Below, piece after piece: positions 45,801 through 57,300 of a DNA stretch of 64,000 nucleotides (within the stretch, counting starts at the first letter, position 1; every line of letters starts with the position of its first letter). The notes under the pieces were generated by a model. The model did not search any database. It saw only the letters and a program-made list of their open reading frames with translations, and was not told where the DNA came from. The stretch is from Schizochytrium sp. TIO01. Taxonomy: Eukaryota; Protista; Bigyra: Labyrinthulomycetes. The stretch covers positions 6,108,483-6,172,482 of the forward strand of contig SMSO01000032.1 in NCBI GenBank assembly GCA_004764695.1, read 5' to 3'. The translations under genes were made by a program, and so were the position numbers.

Positions 45801-47082
45801 AAATGCTGGAAGTCGTGCCAGTGCAGCTGGTGCTGGTGGAGATGACTATGATCCGTCAAAGCGTAGCTCAAATGAGACCGACAGTAAAGTGCCACATGAG
45901 GCCAAAGAAAAGGTGGCAGAACTCGAGTTTAGCTGTGTTTTGGGTGAACTCGCTATCCCTCTGACTGATAGAATCGCGTTTGCGTGTCGATTTTTACCGG
46001 ACGCTTCATTGTACCCATTTCTTGAAGACAGTTGTTCCAATGCAATAGAGAACGGTCATCTTGATGGTATCATTCTTACTGGTTTGGGTTTTCTTGGCAT
46101 GCGCCTCTTGGAGGCATACGTGAATCGCAGTGGTGATGTCCAATCTGCCGCCTTGGCCGTGTGCCACACCATTGCCTCAGAGCTCGGAAGCATTTCATTG
46201 CTCTCTGTACAACGTTGGATCACGTCTTACCGTGACTTGCTTAATGTATGGCGTCTCTGGCAAGAGCGGGCAAGATTTGACGTGCGATATGCTGCACGCG
46301 AGAGAAAACTGAAGCTCCATCGTGAGAAGGAGGTTGCCCCTGCAAGCCCAGCCTCTCCGCCTGCTCCTTCGGGTTCTAATCCACACACCTATTCATTTGA
46401 TTCTATCGAAGGTCGCATCTCTGAGCGAGTAAAGCATCCTCAACCGACCACAATTGCTGAAGACTCTGCCTACACCCCAGCAAGCATGGTGAGACCGCGG
46501 GCTATTCAAGAATCTCAACTCTATGCTGTATGCACGAACTGTAAGGAATCCTTGCTACTCTCAAATATCCTTGGTGATCTACCGTCGCTGGGTGGATCAT
46601 CCAGAGTAAATGATCGCAAACTTACCATTCCATGCTGCCCCCGCTGTAAGAAGCGCCTTTCATCATGCGCAGTTTGTGTGCTCCCGATGAGCTGCATTAA
46701 CCCATACGCACAAATGGCAGGATCTTCGGCACGCGATCGTACTCGTGTTAGTCGAGTAATGGAAAAGGTTGCCAGACAATCCCAGCGAGCTGGTCAGCGT
46801 CGTCCCTTGAAGGGGGCTGATCCCAAGATGACTCGGCTCTTGCAAGCTGGGGGCGTTGATACAGAGTCGTCTCAGGGCTCGGTTACAGACGCACCGCATT
46901 GTGTTACTGCTGGTGATCAACAGTTTCTTGCAGCAGGTACTTCACAGCCTTTTGGTCGATGGTTCTCCTGGTGCCTTCGCTGCCGCCATGGTGGACATGC
47001 TGCCTGTATGACCGAATGGTTCAAGTCACACGTGCGTTGTCCTGTGGCCGATTGCGATTGCCCGTGTACATCTTTACGCTAA
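42874..47082 (+). CDS. MIOS: GATOR2/SEACAT complex subunit Mio (Sea4)
   Basis: N-terminal WD40 propeller (VEWSP, LSWNP, LRLYDIR-like, H.KAVKGV.FDP). LRKRAKLGY, RAAALAVF, DRIAFACRFL, GIILTG, YVNRSGDVQSA and YRDLLNVW..W.ERARFD. C-terminal zinc ribbon and WFSWCLRCRHGGH...WF...CPV..C.C.C RING. Confidence 0.93.
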   Translation: MSRGRHTMERTRPLVEWSPHDSSHFVLASSVDLKLFDSAALNVNGDAEASSVLLASSSIGPSISSSSAVPRHAHNSSSGNSSTSAFHLSSKPSGNGEYSISSSANHAVNNVTTSASQSGVYSSGMRTQFAPGMNSSSTGMAQLHLGPAANLEHSRSNASHWKRKNNLIAVRSMSRPIRCVSWYPGADDPLLVATGDSTGHVRLVSFQENRNLESNGVVMEFGNNRNLNALSWNPQHTNIIAVGMDFTRLVNSIAFWDINRIAKTNGGNNSNRNSQQNVEQQPPEQQQQQQQKGTGSSDGQKSGTEENPNPNLPHPIMETGQMEGALALAWAPNNPNCLAVGTQFKWMRLYDIRLGMTEEPNTAHRKTPQSVVAHAKAVKGVVFDPCRPHCLATFSDDGLMKAWDTRRLDNPVITIYSQSKNTSQISWSPVQPGLLASVNIDEKCISLYDVRRAYDVEHTVKTRYTDAEMDSPPRNGLGDNREVDSGGATPRGDVNGRAVVKEGSSDDSGNIARELSNSSMPAQTTIELRKPDLRRYTKHAPASFCWIPGAKNQNFRPEDLVPGAQAKAGQTCTDESTNRVLFVSWSGNYVEDVSLQDPLPLSVSPTSSVSFGSSQGIRNLSFAAYDPSMVLRKRAKLGYSIDANANVALLDQTVAAAKHLLHGQSRSAVASEEHFEMVDRFDTRGCLENLLRLRDMWRWILRASSLIDPMRSRGLVDSGLLFVITQRPGIQGDTHIDATLKPPFCLYRSSQRTFALHLCGWRDFGDADTENSNSKSAALEANEDGSPLNPLDSDRDYQRAAALAVFDCNLPLAVHILQTEASLLLKEKSERLRFLPRTDGTEQDENLIADLLQLVAMALAGYPSTESQTSKLWIDSCCALTKRLGRFPILCAALKFLMENFERRILRSSNAEATSDGKKTMSSGSDTTSTSVDNEASSSIDSMSSEIIDFRSSSGPALAGIPENDPVGETAPNKTLNAGSRASAAGAGGDDYDPSKRSSNETDSKVPHEAKEKVAELEFSCVLGELAIPLTDRIAFACRFLPDASLYPFLEDSCSNAIENGHLDGIILTGLGFLGMRLLEAYVNRSGDVQSAALAVCHTIASELGSISLLSVQRWITSYRDLLNVWRLWQERARFDVRYAARERKLKLHREKEVAPASPASPPAPSGSNPHTYSFDSIEGRISERVKHPQPTTIAEDSAYTPASMVRPRAIQESQLYAVCTNCKESLLLSNILGDLPSLGGSSRVNDRKLTIPCCPRCKKRLSSCAVCVLPMSCINPYAQMAGSSARDRTRVSRVMEKVARQSQRAGQRRPLKGADPKMTRLLQAGGVDTESSQGSVTDAPHCVTAGDQQFLAAGTSQPFGRWFSWCLRCRHGGHAACMTEWFKSHVRCPVADCDCPCTSLR

Positions 47083-47740
47083 TTTCATCTTGTCTGAACA
47101 AGATCAAGCCAAAGGCCTCGCAGTGTGATTTTCTTTCAGTAAGCTCGAAGCAATTTTCAAAAGAAATAACAAAAGTACTGGTACTTCAATTTAATTTTCT
47201 AAATCATGTTCGGGCGATTCTCCTTTTCTCTAATATCTGGTATAATGTATGCATGGGAAACTCGTTTAAAGAATGAATCCCTGACTCCGAATACAATCAA
47301 AGTTTCATTATAACAGAATAAGAAGTCTAACTAATTCTATTGTAATGAGGATGCATTGGAAGCTCCTAAGCTCCTCTTTTAGATTAATTTGTGGGGAAAA
47401 GAACAAAAGCAAGAAAAACTTGACTTTCCCATAGAAGAGTACATCAACCCCAAACAGAATATATATCTATATATATTAATTCGTTTAAGCTGAAGAATCA
47501 ACATGCGGTGAACAAGCGAAATGAAGCAATCTTTATAACGTATCTCAAAAACATTAATCAGTTCACTGCTTCTCTCTTTCCTCTCTTGGGGACCGAGGAT
47601 GACTAGCTAATATACTATCCAACTCGCCAGGGTACTTTCTCCCGTGCGTTCAATGGTGTCATCTTCTACATGATGATTCTCATACAGGCGTGAAATGGGG
47701 AGAAGTGGAGACTTCGATAAACACCACAAACAAAACTAAA

Positions 47741-49153
47741 TCAATGAGCCCGGTAGGCCGGGGGTCGAGAATTGAGTTGTGGAACCTGCCGTGTTTGCAT
47801 TTGCATTTTTTGTTGATGTTCTTGGATTTTTTGTGCGAGGGCTTTTGCCATGAATTGTTTTCTAGCGAGTTTGCGGACCTCCTTCAAGAATGTGGTAAGA
47901 TCAATAATGTCATTTGATAGGGCACGATCCAGATGATAAAGGGTGTCGTCAATCGCATTGATTTCCGCAACGCAGTCGAAAAGTTGCCGAGAGAGACCAT
48001 CTGCCGGTACGATTGCTTCGTCAAGATTGATCTGGGCCATTGCACTCGCATGATCTGTATCCTCATTGTTCCCGTACTCTGCAAGCCAAGTTTGGAGCTG
48101 CGTTTCCTTCATATCAAGTTCTTCAATAGTTGCTTCGAGAGTCTTTTTCTGCTCTTCAAGTTTATGCATGCCCTCCTCGAGGGTTTTCTGACCTTCTTCA
48201 AGTTTGTTTTGTGTACGCATTTCTTCGCCAAGTTCTTTCTTCATGCGCTCACGAAACTTATTGAATTCGGACTGAAGCTTGATTTCCAGAGCTTGACGAG
48301 CAGACTTCAGAGCATTCTGGTTCCTCGTCTCTAAGCGCACTCGTTCCTCGTCACCGGTATTTTGTACGTTCGATGCTAAAGAGGGTCGCATAGAAATTGG
48401 AGAAGGGCTGCTATGGTTGCCAGTTAGGCCTGAAACTGGATAAGGTGGCGGAGGAGGGGTGTTGCTATTCCCTCTGGGGTAAGGGGTGGAGGACGATGAG
48501 TACGGTGATGGAGGTGGATACGGTGTTGAAGAAGGATATGGCATTGAAGGAGGGTAGAGTCCATTGGAACGAGGATAGGGGCTGGCCGAAAAGTTGCTGT
48601 ATGGTGGCGGCGGGGGTGTTGACGAAGGTGATGAAATAGAAGGTGTAGAGGACGGAGCTCCACGTGCATGCACAGGAGTTATTTTACCAAATTCATCTTT
48701 ACACACAGAAATTACCTTGGAGAGATTGGTTCGTGACGAATGCCATTCATTCAATACAGGAAGAGAAACTTGGCCATCCCGACTGACATTAGGATGCCCT
48801 GGGGTAATCTCCATTCCCGTAGTAGGTGTCACATATACAATTGGTGCTGAGTCTGGGTAGGCTTTGGACACCCAGAAGCACATGGGAATATTGTATTGTG
48901 TTCCATGGTAAAAGATTGGCACCGTGCCTTTGAGTTCAAGGAGCGTATTTGATTCCCCTGTGTTGCTGTAAAATACCTCCAGACTCGGCTTTAATGACGG
49001 ACATTCCATACATGCATCGGACGCATCCTTTAATACCCGCGCCATGTACTCAGGCCTGTACGTATCGCAACCTGCTAGAAGGTGCTCCAAAGTCGATCGG
49101 ACACCACCGGAGCCCGGGCCGCTCTGATGACTTGCATGCATTGATGGATACAT
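47741..49153 (-). CDS. VPS23: ESCRT-I subunit TSG101/Vps23
   Basis: UEV domain (GTVPIFYHGTQYNIP...YPDSAP.VYV.PT), Pro-rich region with PPPY motifs, coiled coil and SB core (AE..AIDDTLY.L..AL....I.L..FLK.VR.LAR.QF). The first ATG is at 49153. Confidence 0.95.
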   Translation of the reverse strand: MYPSMHASHQSGPGSGGVRSTLEHLLAGCDTYRPEYMARVLKDASDACMECPSLKPSLEVFYSNTGESNTLLELKGTVPIFYHGTQYNIPMCFWVSKAYPDSAPIVYVTPTTGMEITPGHPNVSRDGQVSLPVLNEWHSSRTNLSKVISVCKDEFGKITPVHARGAPSSTPSISSPSSTPPPPPYSNFSASPYPRSNGLYPPSMPYPSSTPYPPPSPYSSSSTPYPRGNSNTPPPPPYPVSGLTGNHSSPSPISMRPSLASNVQNTGDEERVRLETRNQNALKSARQALEIKLQSEFNKFRERMKKELGEEMRTQNKLEEGQKTLEEGMHKLEEQKKTLEATIEELDMKETQLQTWLAEYGNNEDTDHASAMAQINLDEAIVPADGLSRQLFDCVAEINAIDDTLYHLDRALSNDIIDLTTFLKEVRKLARKQFMAKALAQKIQEHQQKMQMQTRQVPQLNSRPPAYRAH

Positions 49154-52100
49154 GGTGTCCACAGATAGAAGGATCAATTGGCGAGAAAATCAGAATTTAA
49201 AAATCAGCAAAGCAGCCTCCCTAGGAAAATCAATGTTTTCAATATGCTCTTCAATCGTCGCGGCTTCACTGTGTGCACAATTACAGATTGTTCTGCTCGG
49301 AAGGTTCTGCGCAGAGCAAGCAAGGTCTCTTTCTAATTGGAAATCTGAGAATAACTCCAAATTAATGCAATCTCTAGGAATCGAAGAGCGCAGCTGCAAA
49401 TGCCAAAGGTATGTCGCTCAAAGTGTGACTTTCAACACAAATCCTCAAAGATCCCGAGTGAGGCCGCCAACAAAGCCAGGAAGGAGCTGGCGAAGACGAT
49501 AATGACGAAGAAGAATCTACAGAAACGGACGCCACTTCAACAGCTTAGCCACTGCAGAGAGTTCAAAAGCACTTATCACGCAAGCAAACTCCGGAGGCTT
49601 TGACGCCTACCTACCGTGTCAAGCCCGCGCAATCGCGGGTCTCAGCGAGACAGGCAACGAAGGTGATCGTCAATTGCTCTTGTCAATGAATCATTCTCTC
49701 GCTTCATTTTATCAATATCTAAGTAGGTGGTACCTCGTGTATCTAATTATTTATTTAGTAGGCCTATATCGTATACTTTATTCTATTTGCAAAACTATCA
49801 AATTTCCACTATCTACTGGTAGAAACACCTAATTCTTCCTAATTATTTTCTAATTAATCAATCAATAACTACTACCTATGGTGATACATGAAAAAAGAAG
49901 AACGCATAGAACGACTCCATCATCTGAAGAACAAGAACATTTGGAACATGTGAAACCCATTCCTTTCAGATCTGTGATCATTTTTCGAAGCAAGGTGCGA
50001 AGGACTCGAATAAGGAAAGTACGATAGGAAGCTATTTGTAGCAGTTTGTATATACCAATGTGCTGACTCCGTAATACGTAAAATTTAATTTGAAATCCTC
50101 GTATGAATTAGATATTGGCTCAGTATTCAGGATAGGAGGACAGGAGTCTATAAAACATGCGAAAAAAACACGCACCACAAAGAATCCGTCTATACGAGAT
50201 TATAAATTCCATGGTTTTATAAATAAATAATTTGAGTGAGGTAAACACTCCAGTTCAGAAGAAGCCCGCCACAGCAAGCTATCTCATGCTACAGTGATTT
50301 GCAATACTTAGGAATTTCTGTGCATTTCAACTGATAGCACACATTTCAATTTCAGCTCCATTTCTGACTGTGCAGTCTGGGCAGCTTGGGCAGCGTCAGC
50401 AACGATAATAGCATGAAGATTACATCTGATAAGCAAAGATTGTCCGCACGAATTCAGGCGTGCTCTTTGATCCAATGCTGTAAATAAATATTGCATAGGA
50501 ATTCTCATCAGAACATTTTAGATAGTTCCTCTCGAATTTATATCAATCATAGAGTTTAAATGGCGCACGATGTTTTAGTTACGCAGTTGATTGACCTGTA
50601 TTGAATTTGGGGGTACATATTTTGTCATTTGAACCAGATCTAGTTATGAAATTAATTCATGCTTGAGCAGTTTTTTTGATGTTAAGGGACTAAACTATCA
50701 CGAAACCACATCAAGGTTGTTGCATCAAGTTTATGGCTGTTCCTTGATCGTCTTTAAATTGAATAGTATTTTAAACCATTCCAACTCAACTCCACTTCGT
50801 TTTGGTAGCCTAGTATACTCTTGTTAATTGGGCCAAAACAAGCGCCTTTAGTTAGCTCAACCTAAAATATAGAATGCGTCTGAGTGCCTGAGTCTTCTCG
50901 TAAATTTGATGGTGAACCTCGCTGTTGAAGTTTCTGATCGTTGGGTGAACGACTTTTTAATGGTTTAGTGTAGTGTAGTGCATAATGCATAGATGTATTC
51001 GATGCACCCCCCCACCCCCCGCACATACAAGCAAAGCATAATTAACGTTTTATAATGTTATATGTTAGAACATATTGAGGAAGAAAGGGAAGCACAGGAA
51101 CGGTCTTATTTCTAAAATGTCCTAATGTTTGGAGGTAACTTTTTAATAGCGTTTTATTGATAAGGGCTCCAAGCTCGGTCATAGCCATACTATCTACCTA
51201 CTATACTACATATTGAAGAATAAAATTGGTTCTCAATTTTAAAACCTCGGTAAGGTGGACTTCAAAATACAATTGTTCTTAGAGTGAGAGAGGCCTAGCG
51301 GTGTACTGAGGACATGTGTGAAGGAAGTCAATATGCTGGTGACTTTGAACCTGGTGTTTTAGCTCCAATTAAAATCGCCAACACTTACAAATCGGTCACT
51401 AGGAATCATTCTAGCCTAGCACTGAAGATAAAGCTTCATTGTCAAATTGGTAAGTGCCCACGGCCCACAAGTAGGGTTTATATCGTTACGGGGAAACATT
51501 TTAAGATTGGAACCTTTCAAAGTGTGATTCGCAGAATTTCATTTAAAATAATAAAAAAATAGATATGCCTAGAGCTGTTGATCAAATTCAATAGAGTAAA
51601 CTGCATACATTATATTGCTTCTTTGCCAACGAAGCTGGATAAGGAAAATCGAAAATCAAAATAATAGGTATTTGTAACTCATGAAGTAGTTAGACTCAAT
51701 TACTCAAACTCAAGAGATTCCGGGGTGACCGCGAATGTAACGCAAGAAGGACCACCAAGTCGAGCACCAATTTACCATCATAAACAAGCCTGTGTTTCGC
51801 GAGTGTCACGACCCTCGAGAACATCAAGCTGGCTTCGCAGCAGAATTTTCCTTTTCTCGCATGCTTCAGAAGTGAATTCAACTTTACAAACTTTAATTCT
51901 CCCTGCAATATTCTATTTTCACACAAAAGTAGACTATCGTCGTCGCGTTGTATTGCTTGCTTGATGTTTGGCCAAGCACGAACTTAAACCCTACTCACTG
52001 TGGCGTGCACGGTTAACGGCATTGGTGTTTCCCCTATTTATTTTAGTCTTGTCCTGTTTATTTTAGTCTTGTACAAACTAAAATTAAATTTAAGCTCCCC

Positions 52101-54329
52101 TCCGACGAATATTTCAAAGGTTGGATTGTTACAACTACTTAGATTTACTATAAAACATCAATTTGACTGAGTCATCGGAGTCTTTTATTTTATTTCTTCT
52201 TTTTTTTTTTCAAGTGAAGAGAGAAGAAAAAAAAAAGGAGAGGAGCAGTTTCCTTTTATAATTTGAGCTCCCTTTTTGTGAATATTTCATGATGCCGTTA
52301 CAAAGGGCCTGGACCTTAATTGCAGAGCAAATGTGTTGATGCTTTAACACCTCGTCCCCACTCTACGCTTGGCAAGCAAAAACTACAAGCAACACGACCG
52401 CATTCTATGCAAAAAAGATAGTTACATCTGCAACGTTGGCCCGCTGCGCCGTTGCAATTAATCCAATCTGGTCGATCAACCACGGTGATACTTTGCTAGC
52501 AACTGCAGAAGTGAAAAGCCTCGTGAGGTAGATTTTATAAGGATGGGGCAATTTTTTGTGTTGATCCTTTCAATTGGCTGATGTTTTCTTCCCAGGAGAG
52601 AGAAACTAAAGGAATGACATTGTGGCAACTTTCATTGAGCTTTTATTGTGCGTCAAGGGTGGCCCTGCGGAGAATTGAGCAGGTGGGACGGCAGGAAGGC
52701 CTGCAAGGCTGGAACAAGACTTGGGAGTTGTGCGCGTGAGCCTGAACTTTAACATTCAATATCCTAGGCAGCATTAACCATCTACTAATCTAATTTCTAG
52801 TTAGTCATCAAAGTTTCTTTTTCTTCTTGCACGACACCCTTTCATAAAATCTGACCTTCTTTCCTTCAATACCTAACTTTTACACGCTGGCGCTAGCCTT
52901 GAATCACCCCCCTTATCCGAAACCCTAACACTCAGGATTACGCAACACAGGTTCAGAAGTTCTTGACTCTATAAATATGACACTCTGTGCTTTGCAAATG
53001 ATATTATCAAACCAGTTTTTGAAGTGAACTTTGTTGAATTGCATTAAATTGCATCGCAGACTTTGATAACAGGTTCCTACTAGTTAGGTATCTACTATTG
53101 CAAATAGGTAGTAGTAGCTAGTGTTTTAGTCGCCTATTGTTACCCAGAGGCAACATGAAACGGCTTGGAGAAGTGCGTTCAACGGTACTCTTCTTTTTTG
53201 TTCTTTTTTGTGAGATCTAAAGAGCGACTGCTAGGCGAGATCTAGTGGAAGTTACCAAGACATTCTTAGGTGCACCGTACAGGCAAGGAGAGGGGGCGAA
53301 ATCCCAGTACTATCGAGTTTAACGCAAGTTAGTGTTATCTTCTCAAGGAGGGAGCGGCATTAGCATTTCCAGTGAAGGCGTCAGCACGGCCTACCTGTCA
53401 TATGATCACAATCTACCTCTGTTAGTGTTGTTCTTGGTGGAGTATAAAATCTCCTTGAGCTTGAAACATCCTGCGTAGCCATAGCCTGAAAGTATTTGAA
53501 AGGTTAGGAGTAGAGGCTTGAATACCCAAAAGCGAATTTGTAGGAAGTTTCATGGTGATTGTGCCCAGTGTTTACTAGGCATTAAAACTTTGGCGCAATT
53601 ATACCAATAAGCTGGCAACAAATACTCCCTCGCTTGCACTTTTTTAAAAGGAAATAGGGCACTTATACAACGTGCAACTCGTGGAGCATTCTATGCACAA
53701 GAGGTAATCACCGCTGGCATTTCGTCGTATACGCCAATTGCCAGTGTACCTGTGCTGCGCCGACGCCTAGGGGCGTGTGCCCGAGCAGGTAGGCGGGACG
53801 CTAGAGCAGACGTGGCTAGTGTGCTGCTCGTCCGCGAAGAGCGTGCCTCTAAACCCTCTGTTTGCTCGCTGTTCGCAAATACAAAAGTACGCACTCCTGA
53901 CAGAGGCCTGCAGCTGTTTCATCACCTGACCATCAGGCTGTGCGGGTCGAGCATATCCGCAAACGTAAGCTTAGCGACTAGCAGAGTGGCTGTAGTTTAT
54001 TCATCATCTGTACTGCTTACTTGTGGAATTTGTTGGCTCTTCCTTTGTAGCCTTTGACGCAGCGTTTTGCTATTGTAGATAAATCCCAAACTAGAAAGGC
54101 TCCCCGAAGTGGCTGTTCCCCATAGTCTCTTGTTGCGATTGGTCATGCAAAGGAATCATCGAGATTGCCTCTCATTGCACTAGGCAAGCGTGCTCTTTGT
54201 GAATTGCCAAGGTCTAAGATAGACATAGATCCCAGTGCAAAACATTGCTAGAAAGTAAAACTCATATTTAGTTACGTGGGCGTCTCCACTTCACAGTCAA
54301 GTCATCCAAATCACATCGCGGCCTCCCGG

Positions 54330-57300
54330 ATGACAATGGGAGGCCGCAAGCTACGTGCACTGCTGCACAAGATCATACCTACACGACCAACATGGGAAAC
54401 ATTACAAATTTTAAGCTTATCATGGAACTGCTTCATGGTGCCCTTTAGACTATCCTTCTCTCCAGGGTATGGTGTGGATGGAATCTTTCTTTTCTTTCTT
54501 TTTGGCGATATCTTCGCCGATTTACTGGTGTTATGTGACATGCTCTTACGAAGATTATTGTTCCACACTAGCTTTAATCCTCGATTAAGTTCTATTGTTA
54601 TGCCTGAGGTGGCGTTGACAGAAGCTTGCGTTAATGAACAAAAAAGGGAAAACCGCTTGACGTATCAAGAAAAGAGACGTAGAAGAGTATCAAGACGCAT
54701 CCTCCTGGTCACAGACTTTGTCTGCGTATTCCCAGTCGACTATATTGCATTTGCTTGTGGTATGGCTGATCCAACCCCACTTCGCATTATCAAGATGCTA
54801 CGCATGATCCGCGTGATGGAGCAAGTTAACATCATTTTTCTTATGCTCGAGCGCCGACGACTCATTGTCAATGCCGGCTTGCGAAGAATGATTGTTCTCT
54901 GGAGTGTCTTTTTCTTCTTTGGGCACTGGTTCTCTTGCGGCTTTTATGCACTTGGCCGCTACACGACAACAGGTGACTCCTGGGCTGTGACCGATGGCCT
55001 CATTGCTTATGACGAAGATACCGGTGCATATGGCCCTGCCGCAGGTACAACCACAGCTCGTGCCTACATTCGAACCATCTATTGGGCTATGATCACCATG
55101 GTCACAGTTGGTCTTGGTGATGTTGTGCCTGCAAAGGCATCTGGTCCAGAGACTACCTTCACGCTAATGACAATGTACATGGGGATGACGCTTACGTGTA
55201 TGGTCATTGGCAACCTCACCAATATGGTGACGAATTTAGATGCCTCAGAAGATGAATTCCACACCAAAATGGATAACATGAACAAGTACATGTCTTACCG
55301 TCATTTATCAACAGATTTAAGAGATCGTATCCGCGCATACTACACATACATGTGGACAAGCTTGAAAGGCATCAATGAAGCCCAATTTTTGCGAGACCTA
55401 CCCATCACTCTACGACTGCAGGTGGCCGGCCTTCGGTCCAAAGATCTCGTGACCCAGGTAACTTTCCTGAGAAAACTCCGCGATCCCGTCATTAATGCTA
55501 TTTGTGTAGCTTTAGAGCAGGTTATCATTTCTCCAGGGGATTTTGTTGCAAAAGAAAGCCAAAATATGCCAGGTTGTTATTGGCTTCGACGAGGTGAGGC
55601 AGAAGTTGTATCAGCCCAGGGCACGATCTTACAGCAGCTCAGCGCTAAACAAGGAAGCTACGTGGGTGAGAGCTCATTGTTCTTCCCAGGCACCTTTGAT
55701 AACTCTATTCGTGCCAAAAGTTACTGCGAGTTCTTCTTTTTGAAGAAAGAACTGTTCGAGGACATCTTGTCGGAGTCCCTCGATGAAGAAGAATTTGAGG
55801 AAGTTCGTGCAGCAGCAGAGAAAGCACTTAAGGCCAGCGCCAAGGCCAAGAAATTTTTTGGTCTTGATGCAAATGACAAGCCAAAGTCTAGTTGGCGCGA
55901 TATTCTTGAACCCAAGTCTCGTTTCCGTGAGGTCTGGAACTTGATCCAGAGCGTGAGTGCCATTTATATGGGCATGATGGTACCTTACCGAATGGTGACA
56001 CAAACTTTCATGTATCGAGAACTTGTTGATCCAGCGGATTATGCCCTGGACTGGATTTTTGACATTCTCTTCATCATCGATATTATTTTTCGCTCTCAAA
56101 TGTTCGGATTTGTACGCGAAGGTATTGTCATCCGTGACAAGTTTCGAATTTTTGAGAACTATAGAGAGAGCGAGTCGATCTTCCTTGATGTTCTTGTAAG
56201 CTTCCCAATAGATTTGATTGCTATCAAGCACACATCCTTCCTCCCGTATCTTCGATTGACCAAACTTTTCCGAATGAGCTACATCATGGCCTATTACGAC
56301 CTTGCAACCTCATATATGGCAGCAAGACGCATTACCATCTCAAACGCGATGCATCGAATTATCAAAATATTCTTTTGGGTGATTTGGTGTGTTCATATTG
56401 TTGGGTGTGGGTGGATGCTCATGTCTTTAATCTCTCGCAACAATGCTATCAGCCCCTTAAGTTTAGCTGTATACAATGAATTTGTGGGTAATGGCACAAA
56501 ACTTGATTGTGAGCTGCACACAAATACCGATTGGGTTTGCAAAGATGGTGAGACTTGGCCTAAGATCGACCATACGAAACCTGGTGTGACATATTTGCGT
56601 GCAATTTACTTTGTTTTAGTAGATATGACAACGGAAGGTTATGGTGACTTAATTCCTTACAACACCCTGGAGACGGCCTATGTTGCTTTCATTACTTTTA
56701 TCGGAGGTCTCGGTTACCCAGCTGTTGTTGGTGCCATGGCTGCTCTGATTTCAAGCCTAGATACCGCACGCGCAGAATTTCAGAATAAGCTTGCCGTACT
56801 TACACAGTACATGGCTGTGAAACATTTTCCGCGCCCATTGAAAGTCCGGATTATGCGTTACTATGACTATTTGTGGTCCCGGCAGCGTGGTGTAGATGAG
56901 GACTATATTTTACATGATTTGCCAGCATCTTTGCGTATGGAGGTGCAGGAATACATCAACGGTGCTATTATGCGAAACATTACCTTCCTTGATGGCATTG
57001 ACCAGGAGTTGTTAAGACACCTGTTAAGTGTTCTGCAACCGTCTGTTTTCTTGCCCGGTGATAATATTATCACAGCTGGTGAGCTCGGCCAGGATATGTT
57101 TTTGCTAGAGACTGGTGCTACCCGAGTAACCTCCCCTGACGGCAAGCTTACCTACGCAATCCTCACGCCTGGTGACTATTTTGGTGAGGGTTCGTTGCTT
57201 GGTCTTGAGAAACGCACGGCAAATATTGTTGCAATTGGGTACTGCGATTGCTTCGTTCTTAACAAGGACGACTTTGACCGTGTTACCAAGGAATTCCCTT

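Noticed and set aside
2073-49153. RNASEK-like, Mio and Vps23 as an endolysosomal gene cluster
   Set aside because: They are separated by unrelated genes, and there is no evidence beyond coincidence in a eukaryotic gene order.
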